Shown in pieces: positions 51,758 through 64,000 of a DNA stretch of 64,000 bases. The DNA comes from Chrysemys picta bellii. Taxonomy: Eukaryota. Every line of letters starts with the position of its first letter. The stretch's first letter is position 1. Under the pieces are notes generated by a model that was not told the origin of the DNA, did not search any database, and saw nothing but the letters and a program-made list of their open reading frames with translations. The stretch spans positions 14,322,001 to 14,386,000 of the forward strand of contig NC_088793.1 of the NCBI RefSeq assembly GCF_011386835.1, written 5' to 3'. A program made the position numbers and the translations under genes.

Positions 51758-52089
51758 TATCTAAAACCTGACCTATGAGGAAAGGTTAAACAAACTGGGC
51801 ATGTTTAATGTTGAGAAAAAAAGACCTGGGTGGAACCTGATAACCATCTTCAAATCTGTTAAGGGCTGTTCTCAAGAGGACAGTAATCAATTCTTCTCCA
51901 TGTCCCCCAAGGGTTGGGCAAGAAGTAATGGGCTTAATCTGCAGCAAGAGAGATTTAGGTTACATATTAAGAAAAACTTTCTAACTCTAAGGATACTGAA
52001 GTAGGGAATAGGCTTCCAAGAGAGGTTGTGGAATCTCCATCATTGGAAGTTTTTAAGGACAGGTTAAACTTGTCGGGGATGATCTAGGT

Positions 52090-52727
52090 CAGTGGTTCTT
52101 AAACTTTTCTTTCGCGGACCACTTGAAAATTGCTGAGGGTTTCGACGGACCGCTTAATGATCTTTCCAAATGTTGTTTGTACTGTGCACTTTGGATAAAA
52201 GCGCTATAAAAAAGTAGTAATAATTTAATGTTTTTTTTGTTCTACAAATAAAAGCATACAACTCATATTTTAATATCAGTAGTCTTACCTTTCTAATGCG
52301 ATGGATGTGCTCTCTCTCCTCAGCCACTGAGCTGGGGCTGGGACAGAGATGGGGGTCTCTTCCTCCCTCTCTCCCCCACCATGGCAGCCCCCGATCTGGG
52401 GCTGAGAAGGAGTGGGGTCTCTCGCCCACCACAGCCCTGCACATCCCAAATTCCCCCCCACCCCCTCTTCTCACCCCACTGCCCCCTCCCACCTACACCC
52501 TATTCCCCCCAAGGCCACCACCTCACCTTACGTGTGCGTCTTCTCCAGGGTCCAGGCACTTAATTAGTGGAGCCACGACCGCGCGCCTCCACTAATTAGG
52601 TGGGTGGCCCTTCATTCTCTTGTGTGCGGCCGCCCAGGCACACACCTTAAAGGGAACTATCCACAGACCACCTGAATGGAGCTTGCAGACCACTGGTGGT
52701 TTGCGGACTACAGTCTGAGAACCTCTG
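52090..52727. mobile_element. hAT-type MITE inserted in the CR1 3' end
   Basis: CAGTGGTTCTTAAACT / AGTCTGAGAACCTCTG; TSD ATCTAGGT/GTCTAGGT. Confidence 0.85.
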
Positions 52728-53164
52728 GTCTAGGTATACTTTGTCCTGTCTCAGTGGAAGGGGCTGGACTATATGGCCTCTTGAGATCCTTTCCAGCCCT
52801 ATGTTTCAATGATTCTCTATATAAAGTAGCTTCCCAGAGACCACACAATGCTCCCACACACTTGTATTTCCCTTCTTCTAAGCAATTTTACGCTGTTGTC
52901 TTCTCTTCTTTGTTCTTAATTTAGGAATGCCTATACTGGATCAGACCCAGTCTATCTAGGTCTGTATTCTGTCTCAGACCGTGTCCAGTACTAGGTGATT
53001 CAAAGAAAGGTAAAATAAACTGCTATTATGAGCTAGCCTGCCTCCCAAGGAAAGTTTCTTCCTGACCTCTGTTAGTCATAGCTCAAAGTATGAGGTTTTA
53101 TATCCTCTTGGAAGAAAACATAAAATCATCACTAATAAAGTTTGCAGATGCTGCAAAAATTGAG

Positions 53165-54020
53165 AGTGTGGTATATGATGAGGATAGATCACTGACTCAG
53201 AGTGATCGGGATCACTTGGTAAACTAAGTGCAAGCAAACAACGCCCGTTGTAATACAGCAAAATATACCCCTACGAACAAAGAATGTAGGCCATGCTTAC
53301 AGGATGGGGACGCTGTCCTGGGAAGCCGTGACTCTGAAGAAGACTTGAAAGTCATGGTGGATAATCGGCTGAACATGAGCTCCCAGTGCAACCCGGTGGC
53401 CCAAAGTTAGGCTAATGTGATCGGGAGATGCATAAACCGGGGAATCTTCAATAGGAGAGGAGAAGTTATTTTACTCTGTGTTTGGCACTGGTGCAACTGC
53501 TGCTGGACTATTGTGCCCGGTTCTGGTATCTACAGTTCAAGAAGGATGTTGATAAATTAGAGAGGGCTCACAGAAGAGCCATGAGAATGATTAAAGGTTT
53601 AGAAAACCTGCCTTGTAGTGACAGACTCAAGGAGCTCAGTCTATTTAGCTTATCAAAGAGAAGGTTTAGACGTGATTTGATTACAGTCTATAAATACCTA
53701 CATGGAGAACAAATATTTGACAATGGGCTCTTCAGGCTAGCAGAGACAGGTACAACTCAATCCAGTGGCTGGGAGTTGAAGCTAGATAAATTGAGACTGG
53801 AAAAATGTAAATTTGTGACAGTGAAGGGAATTAACCATTGGAACATCTTACCGAGGGTCGTGGTGGATTCTCCATCACTGGCAACTTTTAAATCAAGATT
53901 GGATGTTTCTAAAAGGTTGTAAACTCTTTGGGGTAGAGATCTGTATGGTGTTTATGGTCATGCAGGGGACTGGACTAGATGATCTCTCAAGGTCCCTTAC
54001 AGTGCCATGATTCTATGGCA
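53165..54020 (+). mobile_element. CR1 LINE 3' fragment
   Basis: ORF 53482-53922 is the CR1 ORF2 C-terminus ([22 protein letters not shown]...LFSLSKRR). Confidence 0.9.
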
Positions 54021-56017
54021 TTATAGAGGCAATCACGTGTGGTTTGCCATAACACTTTGTTACTCTTACCCTTTTATGTGCAGTTTCCTAGTGGATAGAG
54101 CACTGGACAGGGACTCAGGAAACCTGGGTTCTATTCCACTAACTTGCTGGGTGATCTTGGGCATTGCTGCTCTGGGCCTCCGTTTCCCCATCTGTAAAGT
54201 GGGAATATGAAACTGACTTCCTTTGTAAAGTGCTTTGAGATCTACTGGTAAGAGCAAGATATTATTATTATTTTATTAGGGTCATTGAGCTGAATTGCAC
54301 TTCCGGTTCCCATAGCCTTGTGGGGACGATAGAATTGGATTGAAGTGACATCTCAGTGGACTGTCACTTTGGGGGCATGATCCGAATGGGCAGTTCATGA
54401 ACGTGCGTAGTGTGCTGTAGGGTCAATCCACATCAAATCTGTGCAGCACGAGGCTCAGGGTATGGTGTGATTCTAAACTCTGGGATGTGCAAGTCTTTGA
54501 AGGTTCCCAGGAGTTCTGTTCAGAACTAGCACTGCGGTCTCTCCCCCAGGCAGATAGTCTCTCTCTGTGAAGCGGGATGGGAAAAACCTGTAGCTGCTGT
54601 TTACTTTTATACTAAGCAACTGGTTTATTTAGACGGGCACATGTGCCTTAACCTTTAGCACTGTGCATACCTAGGCACCTCAGTAAAAGTGATCTGGCTT
54701 TCAGTGGGAGTTGTAGGAGCTCTGCACCTCTGAAAATCAAGCTACTTTTATTTAGGTTCTGAACATTAATTAAGCAATCACTTTGGCGGGATCTAGGGAA
54801 TAAGTGGGTTTAGAATACCTAGAGTTTTCAAAGTGCTTTCCAAAGAAGGTCTGGGTGGTTATCCCCATTTTACAAATGGGGAAACTGAGGCAGAGGGAGG
54901 CTAAAGTGACTTGCCCAAGGTGACCCAGCAGGCCAGTTGCAGTCAGGACTAGAATCCAGGTCTTCTGAGTCCCAGTCTGTTTCTCCGTTTGCTATGCCAC
55001 ACTTCTTCTCATTAGTAGCTCAGTCACCCAAGACTGAAATTCCTGCCTTAACCGCTCAGTGCCTCAGTTTCCCTACCTCCCAGAGGTGATATGCTTGAGT
55101 CACGGAAGTGGTTAGAAACCCTCGGATGGAGGATGGTAAATCAAGTGGATACATCTAATCAAATCCATCTTCTAATGAGGCCGGTTGAATTGCAGCAATC
55201 TCTGCCCAGGCAGCCTGCCTACACCCCATTGCGGGCTTTACTGTCATCCATGCAATGTATGGAAGGCGCAAAGCTCTTGAAGTGCTCCATGTCACTGTTG
55301 ATTGGCTGGCCCTGGAGACAGTAACTGTGCTGCATCGATAGCATTTGATCGCTGTGGTCTGTCAGGATAGAGCCTGGGATGTCGGCTCTGGCTCTGTTAT
55401 TTTAGAGCTGTGGAATTGCTTGATTTAATGCTGCCTTCTCCCAGGCATACCCACCTTTGGGGCTCAGTTGAGCATTGGTGGCCCAGGCTTTGCTATGGGA
55501 GCGTGTGCTTCAGGACCTGCTCCCTTCCGTCTCGCTCAGGGTCGGGTTTTTGGTATTGTTTTTGGCTCTGTTTCCTGGGGCGCGACGTAGGGAGTCCTGT
55601 CTTGCTCAGCGTCGCAGCCACACCTCCCGCTTGGCCTGTCGTTCACTTGGACCCTGCTAGCCTGGGGGCAGATGGATCCATTTTGTGACTGAACGCCAAT
55701 GAAAACGCAGCCTTAGATCTTGGTGCCAGATGGCCTAGTTGCCTTGTTCCCAACCTTTCCCCAGCCGAGCAGCGTGGACTGGAGTCCCAGAGAGCATGGG
55801 AGCGATCAGAGCTCCGTGCTCCTGCAATGAGGAACTGGAAACTAATACTTGTCTACTTCTTCTTCCCGCCCTCCCCTGACGGACTTCACACTCACCTCTA
55901 CTGCCATGCTAACCTCTCCCCACCTGAGCTCCCAGTGCAAACCTCCTCTCTTCTGGTCCTGGGCCCAAGGGTCGGACTGAGATCCAGCAGCAGCGCCCAA
56001 TCACAGCCTTCCAGAAT

Positions 56018-56580
56018 TCATAGAATCATAGAATATTAGGGTTGGAAGAGACCTCGGGTGGTCATCTAGTCCAATCTCCTGCTCAAAGCAGGACCAACAC
56101 CAACTAAGTCATCCCAGCCAAGGCTTTGTCAAGCCGGGCCTCAAAAACCTCTAAGGATGGAGATTCCACCCCCTCCCTAGGTAACCCATTCCAGTGCTTC
56201 ACCACTCTCCTAGTGAAATAGTGTTTCCTAATATCCAACCTAGACCTCCCCCACTGCAACTTGAGACCATTGCTCCTTGTTCTGTCATCTGCCACCACTG
56301 AGAACAGCCGAGCCCCATCCTTTTTGAAACCCCCCTTCAGGTAGTTGAAGGCTGCTATCAAATCCCCACCCCCCACCTCTTCTCTTCTGCAGACTAAATA
56401 TAACCCCAGTTCCCTCAGCCTCTCCTCGTAAGTCATATACCCCAGCCCCCTAATCATTTTCCTTGCCCTCCATTGGACTCTCTCCAATTTCTCCACATCC
56501 CTTCTGTAGTGGGGGGACCAAAACTGGACCCATACTCCAGATGTGGCCTCACCAGTGTCGAACAGAGGGGAATAATCACC
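56018..56580 (-). mobile_element. CR1 LINE 3' fragment
   Basis: ORF 56104-56640 (VQFWSPHYRRDVEKLERVQ...RSNGLKLQ) and reversed tail CATAGAATCATAGAA. Confidence 0.93.
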
Positions 56581-58378
56581 TGCAAGTTCTGGCCTTCCTC
56601 CCTGCATTGGGCAGCCCTTGCTCATCCCCAGCCTTAACACCTTCCTGAACTCCAGAAGGCTCGTAGAGTAGCCAGCTCACCAAGGACCGAACACACGTGG
56701 GATTTCAAGGAGCAAAGAGACCATGCACAAATGCTGGATGGACACTTGAGGTTACCACGCACAATACAGACACATGATTTTGAAAAATCGTAGCCCTGGT
56801 ATCCTTGAGGTGTTGCGAGCAGGATAGAATTAACCCTGAGGTGCTTTCCAGGCTCTCAGCCCAAAACATGGACTTTACGGGATGTATCTATAGACGTGTG
56901 CCATCTGCCACAGCTTCCATTTGATTCCTAAAGCTGCTTTTCCTCCCCACCCAAGGAGTCTTAACAAGCATCTGCCGCTCTCCTCAGTGGTTCTGGCATG
57001 GCTAATCCCTGCGTCTGTCACCAGTAGGAGGGATTATGGTAAAGATCTGCTGGCTAAACCTGTTTACAATCTACAGCGCTTTGCACCCAGCACAGGGCTG
57101 AGGTTATTCTGGGGAGCCTGGGCATTCATTTGTGAACCAAAGCCAGTTAACGTACTGTGCTGGTGTCCCTAGGAGCCGATTGAAAACTATTTGGTTTTAA
57201 AGTCAAACACAATAATGCTTTAGCCCTCTCTGGTTCCTCTCCTTTTTAAGAGTAAGAGGCTGGGGTGGGTGAGTGAGGGCCTGTCCCTCAGCCTAATGTA
57301 TTGCTCAGTCCTTTGGGGGCTTTGTCACGCTATGACTAGAAATCCTGGTTCCTCCTTACAAGGCTCCATGTAAAGCATCCTTAGATTGAACTGATCTTGC
57401 GTGATCACAACGTGCAAGGATGAATGGAGCATGCTTCATCCTGAAGGACTTGGGGGCACTTCACAAATGGACAAACGGGGCACATAAGGGCGCAGGGTGT
57501 GTAATTCCGTCCTGATCGCTAGCTGTCTGTAAGTCTGTTTCCCCCCCCCCCCCCCCCAACTCCCCATCGCTTTCCAATGAGGCGCTTTGTTTCTTAGTCC
57601 GGCTGTTTGCATGGCTGCTCCGTAGTTAAGTTTAAATCCAGTTTCACTCCCCTCCATGATATGATATCATGACTAGAACGTGGTCCCGCCTGCCCCTTTG
57701 CCGTTTCCCTTTTAAGCTTAGTCTTTTGCAGCAAGGTGAAGGCCCCAAAGAAACAGCTGATGCCTCCTGTTTACCCACAGAAGTGGTGCAGCGGGGCAGT
57801 GTAATCTCCTCCCCCCCACGCTGCCCTGCTGGTATGTCTCAACCCTGATTTTAAGGGATCTGCTCTAGGCGGTGAGCTGCGATGATTAACGGGAGCTAAT
57901 AGTGGTAACAGACTTCACCTGCAAACTGGATTGGACAGAAAGTACCAGCCTTGCCCAGGACGCCAGCAAATCGTCGTCTCCACCCCCCTAGTCTCATAAA
58001 TCAGTTTAGACTGTTGGCTGGGCAGAGGATCTGGACTTAACCAGTATGCACTGCAGTGTGATTGGGGATGGGACATGTGACCCAGGGGGAAAGAGGTTGC
58101 GGACAGGACTGGACTTTGTCTCCTGCATGGAGTTCCTTGTGATTGGTTACTGAGCAGTCGACTTTGTGGAGCAGAGGCAGAGGGCTACAAACAGATGTAG
58201 CTGGCTCTAAACAGGGGACCCTTTGCCATGAGCCGTACAGAGCTGGGATTTCAGTGGGGACGGTTCCTGCAGGGTGGATTGTTCTGACTGGGATATTTGG
58301 GGGGAGGGGCAATCTGTACCTGGTTCATTGAAAATACTATGATTTACTTTAACCAGGTGTGTGTTTTGTCTTTAACAG

Positions 58379-58442
58379 GCGACCGCCAAGACTGCCTTCC
58401 TATTCATCTTACCTCAGTATAACATTAGCGTGCCTACAGCAG
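58379..58442 (+). CDS. TRAM2: TRAM2 exon 2
   Basis: tttaacAG / GTaag, 64 nt. Encodes ATAKTAFLFILPQYNISVPTA(D) (human VTAKTAFLFILPQYNISVPTAD). Intron 1 is 26,472 bp. Confidence 0.97.
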
Positions 58443-59386
58443 GTAAGAGCAGCCACACCAGAGCAGCAGCCCTGCATACAAATCCTCCACAGGACCTCAG
58501 CAGACTCTGCCACTCGCCCTCATTACTAAGCTGAATGGGATAGTCTCACACTCCATAAACATATGGAACACGGGGGATTTTCTCATAATAAAAAGCTACT
58601 TTCAAAAAAACAGGCTAGCAGTTAGGGAGTCGCTCCGTTACTGTTTATCGGGACTGTTAATCCTCATGAGTCAGGGCATAAACTTCCCACTAGCTGGGGT
58701 CAGGAAGAAAATTTCCCTAATGACACATAGTAGTAGTAATGCTTCTTCCATCCCTCTCCCACAAAACCACTTGGCCAAACCAGTCGGGGCACTTCACAGC
58801 ATAATCCTCCCAAACTGTCTTAACGTTCAGACAAAATTAATTGCCTGTCTCTATGCACCGGGTGTTTTTTATTGTCTGCTAAGGAGCATTTGGTTGAGAC
58901 AGCATGTTGGACTGCATGGGATATTGGCCTGTTCCAGTTTGGCAATTCCTACAACTTTTAATTCTTGATGTAGTTAGTTGCTGGGTGGAAAGAAAAAGAT
59001 AGGGAACAAGATCACTGAAAAACATTCTTGTATAAATGAAGTCAGATGTGAGTGCCCCAGTAAAAGAAATGCAGCACAATCTACCATGCTCTGTTCAGAC
59101 ATATAGTAAATGCCAGTCCTTTTCCCAAAGAGTTTGCAGTTTCTGATCATCCTAGCCGCTGGAGATGGAAAAGATCTATTAGGCTGTCTTGCCCGTCTCT
59201 TAATCAGAGCTCTTCCTACAGTATCTCTTCCAGTGCTCTGTCCTGTCTTACTTTCATTGTCCTAAGTAATGACCCATCTGCTGTGTTCTCTGGGAGACTA
59301 GCTTTAAGCATTCGCTATATGTAGCTTGGTTAAGTGGTGCCTGAGGGGATGAGTGTGTGGTGCGTGGCAATCTGCAGATATTTAAT

Positions 59387-59507
59387 AAAAAGAAGAACAG
59401 GAGGACTTGTGGCACCTTAGAGACTAACAAATTTATTAGAGCATAAGCTTTCGTGGACTACAGCCCACTTCTTCGGATACAGACTAACACGGCTGCTACT
59501 CTGAAAC
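59387..59507 (-). mobile_element. Penelope-like pLTR remnant with hammerhead motif (59441-59480)
   Basis: 12-bp TSD CAGATATTTAAT (59375-59386, 59508-59519); nearly identical to the 19530 copy. Confidence 0.8.
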
Positions 59508-59552
59508 CAGATATTTAATGTGTGTAAACGCCAAGGAAGGAGAGGGAACTAA

Positions 59553-59843
59553 GGGCTGGTCTGCACTGAAATGTTACATCTGCATAGCCACCACTCTGGG
59601 GAGGGCACTTGAAAAACTCACACCTCTGAGAGATTGAGTTAGATTAAATTAACACCCGTGTAGACAGCCCTAGATCAGAGGAAGAATTCTTCTACCAGTC
59701 TAGCCACCACCTCTCCGGGAGGTGGATTAACGGGAGGTGGATTAACTAGAGCGATGGGAAAATCCCTCCCTGTCGCTGTAGTTGGTGTCTACACTGAAGT
59801 GTTGCAGCTGTGTTGCTGCAGCATTTGGAGTGAAGACATAACC
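59553..59843. mobile_element. Harbinger-like MITE
   Basis: GGGCTGGTCTGCACT / AGTGAAGACATAACC, TAA duplication. Confidence 0.7.
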
Positions 59844-61098
59844 TAACAGTGTGGGGTATAACTAAGGCTAATGAGATGAAAGGGGAACGTTTCTGATCAT
59901 GACGTTCATGTTTAGGCTAGAAGGGACCACTCTGATCATCTAGTTTGACCCGTATAACACAGGCCAGAGAATTTCACCCAGTGGAGTGAATTCTATGAAC
60001 CTATGGAATAATCTCCCAAGGGAAGTGGGGGAAGCCCCGTCATTTGGGACATGTAAAAACAGGACCAACCATTGGGTATAATAGGGAACAGCCCAGCATT
60101 GGCAGCAGGGAGATGGAGTAGCTAGCCTAATAGGGCTCCTTCCATCTCTGACCCAGTTTTTCGGTAGTGCAGTAGAACACACTTGTAGGAAACTTCTGTT
60201 GCTAGCTTCAATTTTTCTTGGCTCAGCTTCATCTCCATCTCGAGATGAAGACACTGTCACACTAGCTGCTCATAAATCCAACAGACCCTAATTAAGTTAC
60301 TGAGCGGTACCTTCTCCTGCAGTTAACAAAAGAACAATTGCAGATAGAAAAGTCTGTGAAATACTTTAAAGGAGATGGGATGGTCCAACTATGGTGTGTC
60401 AAGTAATGAAACTGCTAAAAACCTCACAAACTCTGCAACATTTAATATAGGAATTACCAGACTAGCTCAGACCCAAGCTCCATGGAGCTCAGTATCCTGC
60501 CTCTGATAGTGGCCAGCAGCAGATTCCTCAGAGGAAGGTGTAAGAACCATGAAATGGGCAGATCACACACAGGTTTTGTCCCTGTCTCTGAGGGCTAATA
60601 TCCTTTACAAAATGTTCATTGTCTTTAATTAGAACTCTGGATATTCTTGTTATGAAGATAAATGTCCAGTGCTTTGAATCTTGCAAAGCAATTTCCTGTG
60701 GCAATGAGTTCCACAGCTTAAGTTTTACATGTAGTAGTATTTCCTGTTGTTTTTGAAATTGCCACCTTTCAGTTTCATTGCATGTCCCTTGATTCTTGTG
60801 TTATGAGGCAGGGAGAGTAGATGCTCCCAATCCACCTTCTTTAGACCAGTAATTTTTTTTTTTTTAAATCAGGACTCCGATTATTCATCTGTAAGGTATC
60901 AGTCCCTTCCTAGGAGAGTTTTTCCAGGCCCTTGATCATTCTCATAACTCTTCTCTCAGCCCCCTCCAGTTCTTCAGTACTTATTTTAATAACTTAAATG
61001 TGATCAGATACCGCAAGTAGCTGGCATTATACAAACTCCATATTTAAAATGTGACTCGTGCTGTCTGGAGTAGCTCACAATTGAGAGTGCCAATCTAA

Positions 61099-61395
61099 GG
61101 CTAGGTCTACACTACGGGGTGGGGGATCGACCTAAGATACGCGACTTCAGCTATGTGAATAGCGTAGCTGAAGTTGCGTATTTTAGGTTGACTTACCTGG
61201 CTGTGAGGACGGCGATGAGTCGACCGCTGCCGCGCCGCCATCAACTCCGCTTCCGCCTCTTGCCGCGGTGGATTTCCGGAGTCGACGGCAGAGCCATCGG
61301 GGATCGATTTTATCACTTCTTCAGTAGACGCGATAAGTCGATCCCCAATAGATCGATTGCTACCTGCCGATCCGGCGGGTCGTGAAGACGTGCCC
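61099..61395. mobile_element. CpG-rich Harbinger-like MITE
   Basis: GGCTAGGTCTACAC / GTGAAGACGTGCCC, TAA/TCA flanks; many intact CpGs. Confidence 0.8.
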
Positions 61396-62214
61396 TCACC
61401 TCAGTTCAGACTGTCAGAAAACAGGGTAGACACCCCAAACTGGTGGTATAATTGGATTTTACCAAGCGAGTAACAATTGTGAATTTCTGGATCACTATAT
61501 TAGCCTTACCATGGAGTCACAAGCGGTTCCCTTAGGCTGTCCAGCCAATTTTGCCACTCGGACAAACTGGACTTTGTGATAATGGTCCCTTATACCAAAT
61601 ATCACTTGACATTATGTTACTCCCAACCTCAAAGGGTCAGTCACTTACCCCGGTCTCTATCTCACACCAAAGGTAGCTCTGGTAGCCAATTTTTCTAGTA
61701 AACTAACTAAAAGTTTTTTAGCTAAGAAAGGAAGTGAGAGTTACTGAGAGGTTAAAATACATTAACAGGTGAATCAAAGTTTGTAAGTCCAAAATGATAG
61801 TGGAGATGTAGTGATTTGCGAGTTTTCCATACCCCTCTCAGGGTTACCCAAAATAACTTTGGGGATCTCTGTCTTGCTTCTGGCGTGCTCCCCTATGAGT
61901 GTCCAAACAGTCCAGAGATACAGGCTTGATCCCGGGATCCATCTTTACAGCTGCTTTCTGTGGAAAGCAATCTGGCAAGGGTTTTCATCAGAGCATGGGC
62001 TCTCTCTTTGCGGACTAAATACAAACTGAGCTGGTGACTTTCCGTTGTCAAACACAACAACCCATGCTTCGAAGTTAGCAGTCTTTTACATTTCCAAGGC
62101 TTCAATCTTGTGTGATGGTTAAACCTAACGTAAACATAATGTGATAGCCAGAAACAATCCTTCATTAGTTTTCATGGAGTTTACACATCCAGTACATTCA
62201 CATTTTAATACTAA

Positions 62215-62423
62215 AAAAAACAAGAGTATTGTGGCACCTTAGAGACTAACAAATTTATTAGAGCATAAACTTTCGTGGACTACAGCCCACTTCTTTGGAT
62301 GCATATATATATGTATGTAGTCCACGAAAGCTTATGCTCTAATAAATTTGTTAGTCTCTAAGGTGCCACAAGTACTCCTGTTCTTTTTGCGAATACAGAC
62401 TAACACGGCTGCTACTCTGAAAC
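62215..62423. mobile_element. Penelope-like palindromic insertion with (TA)n centre
   Basis: 14-bp TSD CATTTTAATACTAA (62201-62214, 62424-62437); inverted arms; terminal ...CGGCTGCTACTCTGAAAC as in the 19530 and 59387 copies. Confidence 0.8.
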
Positions 62424-62699
62424 CATTTTAATACTAACGCATCCTTTAATCTAGGATTAGCTAATTACCAGGTATACATAGTGTAAAGGGATAGTAAATG
62501 ACAGATTATAGGTAAGTGAAGACAATAATATTAACACTTCTTTGATATTCACCCACAAATGAATTGGTCCATGGCTTTTGTCTGAGTTGGCCTCTGTGTC
62601 ACAGTGACATTGTCCACATTTGTTAGGCCTCAAACACCAAAATTGGCCTATTTAAAATGAGTCCTGCCTGTTTAAAAGATTAGGCCCCACTGTTTAAAA

Positions 62700-64000
62700 G
62701 TACATAAGCGTTGCTGTTTTCAGCATCACATTGAATTTCATCTGCCTTTTTTTTTTCTTTTTGCACAGTCATCCAGTTTTGTGAGATCTCGTTGTAGCTC
62801 TTCACAGTCAGCTTTGGATTTAACTACCTTGAGTAATTTTGTATCATTGGCAAATTTTGTCACCTCACTGTTTACCCCTTTTTCCAGATCATTTATAAAT
62901 CTGTTGAACAGCACTGATTCCAGTACAGATCCCTTAGGGACACCACTGTTTACCTCTCTCGTGAAAACTGACTGTTTATTCCTGCTCTTTGTTTCCTGTC
63001 TTTTAACCAGTTACCGATCCATGAGAGGACCTTTCCTCTTATCAAACGACAGCTTACTTTGCTTAAGAGCCTTTGTTGAGAGCTTTTCAAAGGCTTTCTG
63101 AAAGTCCAAGTACAGTATATCCACTGGATCACTCTTGTCCACATGTTTGTTGACTCCCCTCAATGAATTCTAATAGATTGGTGAGGCATGATTTCCATTT
63201 ACAAAAGCCACGTTGGCTCTTCCCTCAACAAATCCAGTTCATCTCTGTGTCGGATAATTCTGTCCTTTACTATAGTTTCAATCAATTTGCCTGGTTCTGA
63301 TGTTAGACTTATCGGCCTGTACCTTTCAGGATTACTTCTGGAGCCTTTTTTAAAAAATTGGTGTCACATTAGCTCTCCTCCAGTCATCTGGTTCAGAGGC
63401 TGATTAAAATGATAAGTTACATGTTACAGTTAGTAGTTCTGCAATTTCATATTTGAGTTCCTTCAGAACTCTTGGGTGACTATTGTCTGGTCCTGGGGAC
63501 TTATTACTGTTTAGTTTATCAATTTGTTCCAAAACCTCCTTTATTGGCAACTCAATCTGGGATAGTTCCTCAGACTTATAACCACCTCTGCAGTGAAGAC
63601 TGATGCAAAGAATTCATTGCATTCTGAAGCTAAATGCTACTATGGTGGGATTCTTTGATATTTTTCACCCCCTCAGGCATGTTATATTATGGTCACTCTG
63701 ACCAAGCAGTTCAGCTATATTCACCTCTTGGAGCAGGTCCTGTGTTCCACTTAGGACTAAATCAAGAATTGCCTCTTTTCTTGTTGGTACCAGGAGTAAC
63801 TGCTCCAAGAAGCATTCATTAATAGTGTCTAGAAACTTTATCTCTGCATCCCGTCCTGAGGTGACATGTTCCCAGTCAATATGGGGATAGTTGCAATCCC
63901 TCATTACTGAGTTTTCTATTTTTATAGTCAGTCTATTCTCCCTGAGCATTTGATAATCACTATCCTGGTCAGGTGGTCGGTAGTATATTCCTATTGCTAT
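62700..64000 (-). mobile_element. CR1 LINE ORF2 fragment (EN/RT junction), continues beyond the window
   Basis: ORF 63665-63949 (DCNYPHIDWEHVTS...FLDTINECFLEQ...TRKEAILDLVL) and 62950-63144 (GKVLSWIGNWLKDRKQR). Confidence 0.9.

Larger units (their letters stand above)
50415..52815 (+). mobile_element. CR1 LINE fragment (RT to 3' end) with three nested insertions
   Basis: ORF 50548 gives RT motifs SGVLQGCVLG...FMDDTKLGG; ORF2 C-terminus at 51801; CR1 tail at ~52760-52815. Confidence 0.9.
61050..62603 (-). mobile_element. LTR-like element (boundaries approximate) hosting Harbinger and Penelope insertions
   Basis: TGTGAC start, candidate GTCACA end; no TSD confirmed. Confidence 0.45.

Noticed and set aside
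53482-53922. 146-aa ORF (and 56104-56640, 63665-63949) as host genes or viral EVEs
   Set aside because: They are recognisable decayed CR1 ORF2 fragments. No hepadnaviral, bornaviral or retroviral coding sequence was recognised in the window.
19574-62423. Recurring near-identical GTGGCACCTTAGAGACTAAC repeats as a CRISPR-like array
   Set aside because: The copies are dispersed, individually TSD-flanked retroelement remnants in a eukaryote, with no repeat-spacer periodicity.

Overview
Vertebrate genomic DNA, almost certainly from a turtle, judged by tortoise-type tRNA-head/CR1-tail SINEs and turtle-type CR1, hAT, Harbinger and Penelope repeats. Two protein-coding genes lie on the + strand. XKR5 has six coding exons at 1797-16544; its start-codon exon was not located. 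TRAM2 has a CpG-island exon 1 at 31787-31906 and exon 2 at 58379-58442, and continues beyond the window. The rest is a dense, often nested set of transposable elements: CR1 and L2 LINE fragments, SINEs, hAT/Tigger/Harbinger MITEs (many with clear TSDs) and solo LTRs. The most striking signal is a family of short Penelope-like insertions with 12-16 bp TSDs, three of them large palindromes. They carry a minimal type-I hammerhead ribozyme motif (stem I GCAU/AUGC, core C(U/C)GANGA, 6-bp stem II, GAA, palindromic AGCU stem III). Most long ORFs in the supplied track are artefacts of GC-rich repeats or decayed CR1 ORF2. All repeat family names come from recalled consensus similarity and structural hallmarks, not from a database search.
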